The notes beneath the pieces were generated by a model. That model worked only from the letters and a program-made list of their open reading frames with translations, was not told where the DNA came from and ran no database searches. The translations under genes were made by a program, and so were the position numbers. This document shows, piece after piece, positions 61,005-64,000 of a stretch of DNA of 64,000 nt. Where the stretch lies: positions 139,562,001 through 139,626,000 of the forward strand of contig OX597817.1 of NCBI GenBank assembly GCA_951406725.2, given 5' to 3'. How positions within the stretch are numbered: position 1 is the stretch's first letter; every line of letters starts with the position of its first letter. This DNA is from Octopus vulgaris (taxonomy: Eukaryota).

Positions 61005-61233
61005 CTGAAAAAAGAGAGAGAGACATTTCTTAAACAACAAAAACTCAAAAGACTCACAAATTTAATATAAAAAAAAATGATGACAGAGGCCAGCAGGGAG
61101 TGGAGACATTGTCAAGTCTTTGTTCCAGTCATTCCCAACCTTTTCACTGCACCAACGACCCCTTTTATTTAAATGAGGTTTCCCATGGACCCCTTTTGAT
61201 ATGCTTATCCTTATGTGTGTGTGTGTGTGAGTG

Positions 61234-61274
<41 letters not shown>

Positions 61275-61929
61275 GAGTGGTTGGCGTTAGGAAGGGCATC
61301 CAGCTGTAGAAACTCTGCCAAATCAAGATTGGAGCCTGGTGCAGCCATCTGGTTCGCCAGCCCTCAGTCAAAATCGTCCAACCCATGGAAAGCGGACGTT
61401 AAACGATGATGATGATGATGATGAGACCTTTGGAGATATGGTGTACTTGAGAAGACCCGACAAGCCAAGTTAGAGCTATGCCAGTGGGTGTAACCAGCCC
61501 ACTTATTATTACCCCTCATTCATTGGACAATAAACTTTGCTTGTGAAGACCTATTGAGGCAAGTGAAATCAAAATTGCTGACATGGCCAATGACAGTACT
61601 GCCTGATTGGCACTCATGCCAGTGGAACATTAAAAAAGATGTTGATTATAAGAAAAACTGACAAGAGTCAGGAACAGGCCTGGACTGGGTCATTCCTGAT
61701 TGTTGTGAGGAATCCAACCAAGGCAGAAACTCTGAGTAGACTATCAACTTTTGATAACACACACACACACACACACAAATCCCTCCATATATAAATATAC
61801 ATGTTTGAAGGATGACGGTAGATTAAAAGCAAGAACATCTATTATGACATCTGTTACCAAACGATCACGGAAACCTTCTTTTCGGGTGCTGAATAACATC
61901 TCTCCTTCCTGTGTTACCTCCCATATCTC

Positions 61930-64000
61930 TTTCCCAGTTTTCTGAGTTGGCACTGTAAATGTAGGCACATTGAAAGGTAGGTCTAGCGAGATTGTAGGGA
62001 TGCTTGAACGGAGACATGTTGATGTTGCGTACAAGAGGTAAGGTGGAGAGAAGCTTCAGCCAGAGTCCTCACAGGCAAAGCATATATAGATATAAACTCT
62101 TCTAGGAAGGTAATAGTGATGGAGTAGCGGGTGTGGGCATACTTCTTGCAGAGAAATGGATGGATAAGGTCATAGAGGCAGTGAAGGTGTACGATAGAGT
62201 ACTTAAACTCAGGATAGTCTTGCAGAATGGTATAGCTACAATTATCTCTGCCGACACCCAACAAGTGGGCTTACCAAATGAACAGAAGGGTCACTTTTAA
62301 GATATTCTTCTGCAGGATACCTCAAAGATGAGTGACAATGATCTCATCTTTGTGGCTGGAGATTTTAATGGGCATGTTGGACAGCAACCTGGTATCTTCC
62401 ATGATGTACACAGGAGCCATGGAATTGGTACCAGAAATGAGTAGAGAACTGGGCTCCTGGAGTTCTGCAATGCAAATAACCTATTGATCTGCAACACCAA
62501 CTTCAGGAAGCTAGCTAGCCACCTGATAACCTATCAATCAGGTGACTCTGCTAGCCAAATTGATTTCATTCTCACCAGACAGAGGGATGCAATGGTTGCT
62601 CTTAAATACAAAGACCCTCCCTGGTGAAGAATGTACCCACCTGCATAGATTAGTTATTAGTGACTTTAGACTCAAGGCCAGAAGGATGCCAAAAAGCAGA
62701 CCAATCTGGAAAAGGATTTGGAAGCTTAAGAACCCTTCACATGGTCAGAGATTTAGGGATATCCTTACCAAGAAATTTGATGATAGGGAGGAGGAGCTAT
62801 AGTCCTGTGACATAGAAAGCAGCTGGGAATTCCTGCAAGACAGCTTACTGAGTGCCACAGACCAAATCTGTGGCTGGGGCAAAGTCCCTTCAAAACCTAG
62901 GGTAACATGGTGATGGAACAATACTGTAGACAGGGCCATTAGAGTAAAGAAACAGGCTCGGAAGGCCTGGAAGAGTGGGGGTAGCAGGAGAATGTATCAG
63001 ACAGCCAAAAGGGAAGCTAAGAGACAGATATATATATAGCCAAGAGAGTAGCAGAAAAGAAGAAGTTTGCCAATGTTCAGTGATGCGAGGACCAAAGAAC
63101 TGAAGTATTTCAGATTACAAGACAGTGTGTGAGAGAGAAAATCGTGATGTTATAGGAGAGAAATGTGTCCGCATGGAAGATGGTGCCATTGCGTTTAATG
63201 ATTCTGCAAAGAAAGAGGCTTGGAGATGCAATTATGGAAGACTGCTGAATGTGGAGAATGAATGGGAGGAGGAGAGTCTGCCAAAGGTTGACCCATTTGA
63301 GGGACCAGCTACCCGAACTGACATTACGTTGGTAGATAAAGCAATTAAGTATATGAAGACATGGAAAGCCCCCAGCCCATCAGAAATCACTGCTGAGATG
63401 CTTAAAATATTGGGCAGTGTGGGTTATGGTCTTGTTACCTGCATTGTAAATCAGGTAGTTCATGAAGGAATCACACCCAATGACTGGCGTAGCAGCACCA
63501 TAGTCAACTGCTAAAAGGGTAATGGTGATGCTTTAGATAGAAATAACTGTAGGGGTATCAAATTATTGGATCAGGTGATGAAAGTTACAGAGAGGGTCAT
63601 AGCCCAACTAATGAGGGAGAGTTAGCCTAGACAAGATGTAGTTTGGTTTTGTACAAAGCACCACTGAAGCTATATTTCTGGTAAGGTAACTGCAAGAGAA
63701 ATATCTAGCCAAAGATAAACCTCTGTACCTGGCTTTTGTTGACTTGGAGAAAGCCTTTGACAGGGTCCCCCGATCCCTTATCTGGTGGTCAATGTGGAAA
63801 CTGGGGATAGATGAGTGGTTGGTAAGAGCTGTACAAGCCCTGTACAGGGATGCTGTCAGTAAGGTGAGGGTTGGCAACGAGTATAGTGAAGAATTCCAAG
63901 TAGAAATAGGGGTTCACCAAGGATCAGTCCTCAGCCCCTTCTTATTCATTATAGTCCTCCAGGCAATAACAGAGGAATTCAAGACAGGCTGCCCCTGGGA
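61930..64000 (+). mobile_element. RTE LINE (APE and RT), decayed, runs off the window end; antisense to kelch
   Basis: [63 protein letters not shown]. Confidence 0.93.

Overview
Repeat-dense, AT-rich animal genomic DNA, not prokaryotic. The repeat content (tRNA-head SINEs, RTE LINEs with (GAT)n tails, long (TA)/(CA) microsatellites) suggests a coleoid cephalopod, probably Octopus; this is an inference. One host gene is supported: a minus-strand BTB-BACK-Kelch gene of the KLHL2/KLHL3/Drosophila kelch group. Its 10 coding exons (61004 down to stop at 42323) all have GT-AG borders and matching phases, and its start exon(s) were not found in the window. The rest is mobile DNA: a decayed Ty3/Gypsy LTR element (3980-8822) with five nested insertions, several RTE LINEs and many of their 3' tails, R4/Dong-like fragments in (TAA)n tracts, a young CR1 fragment, at least three SINE families, and Tc1/mariner, piggyBac-like and other MITEs. 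Most ORF-track entries are microsatellite or repeat artefacts. I found no convincing new multi-gene system. The best leads are RNA-structure and insertion-mechanism oddities: a templated inverted copy fused to the CR1 5' end, a long hairpin beside a kelch splice donor, kelch exons bracketed by inverted repeats, a modular hairpin array in RTE 3' UTRs, a degenerate hammerhead-like motif, and an editing-like Ser-to-Gly codon in kelch. Repeat boundaries without TSDs are approximate.
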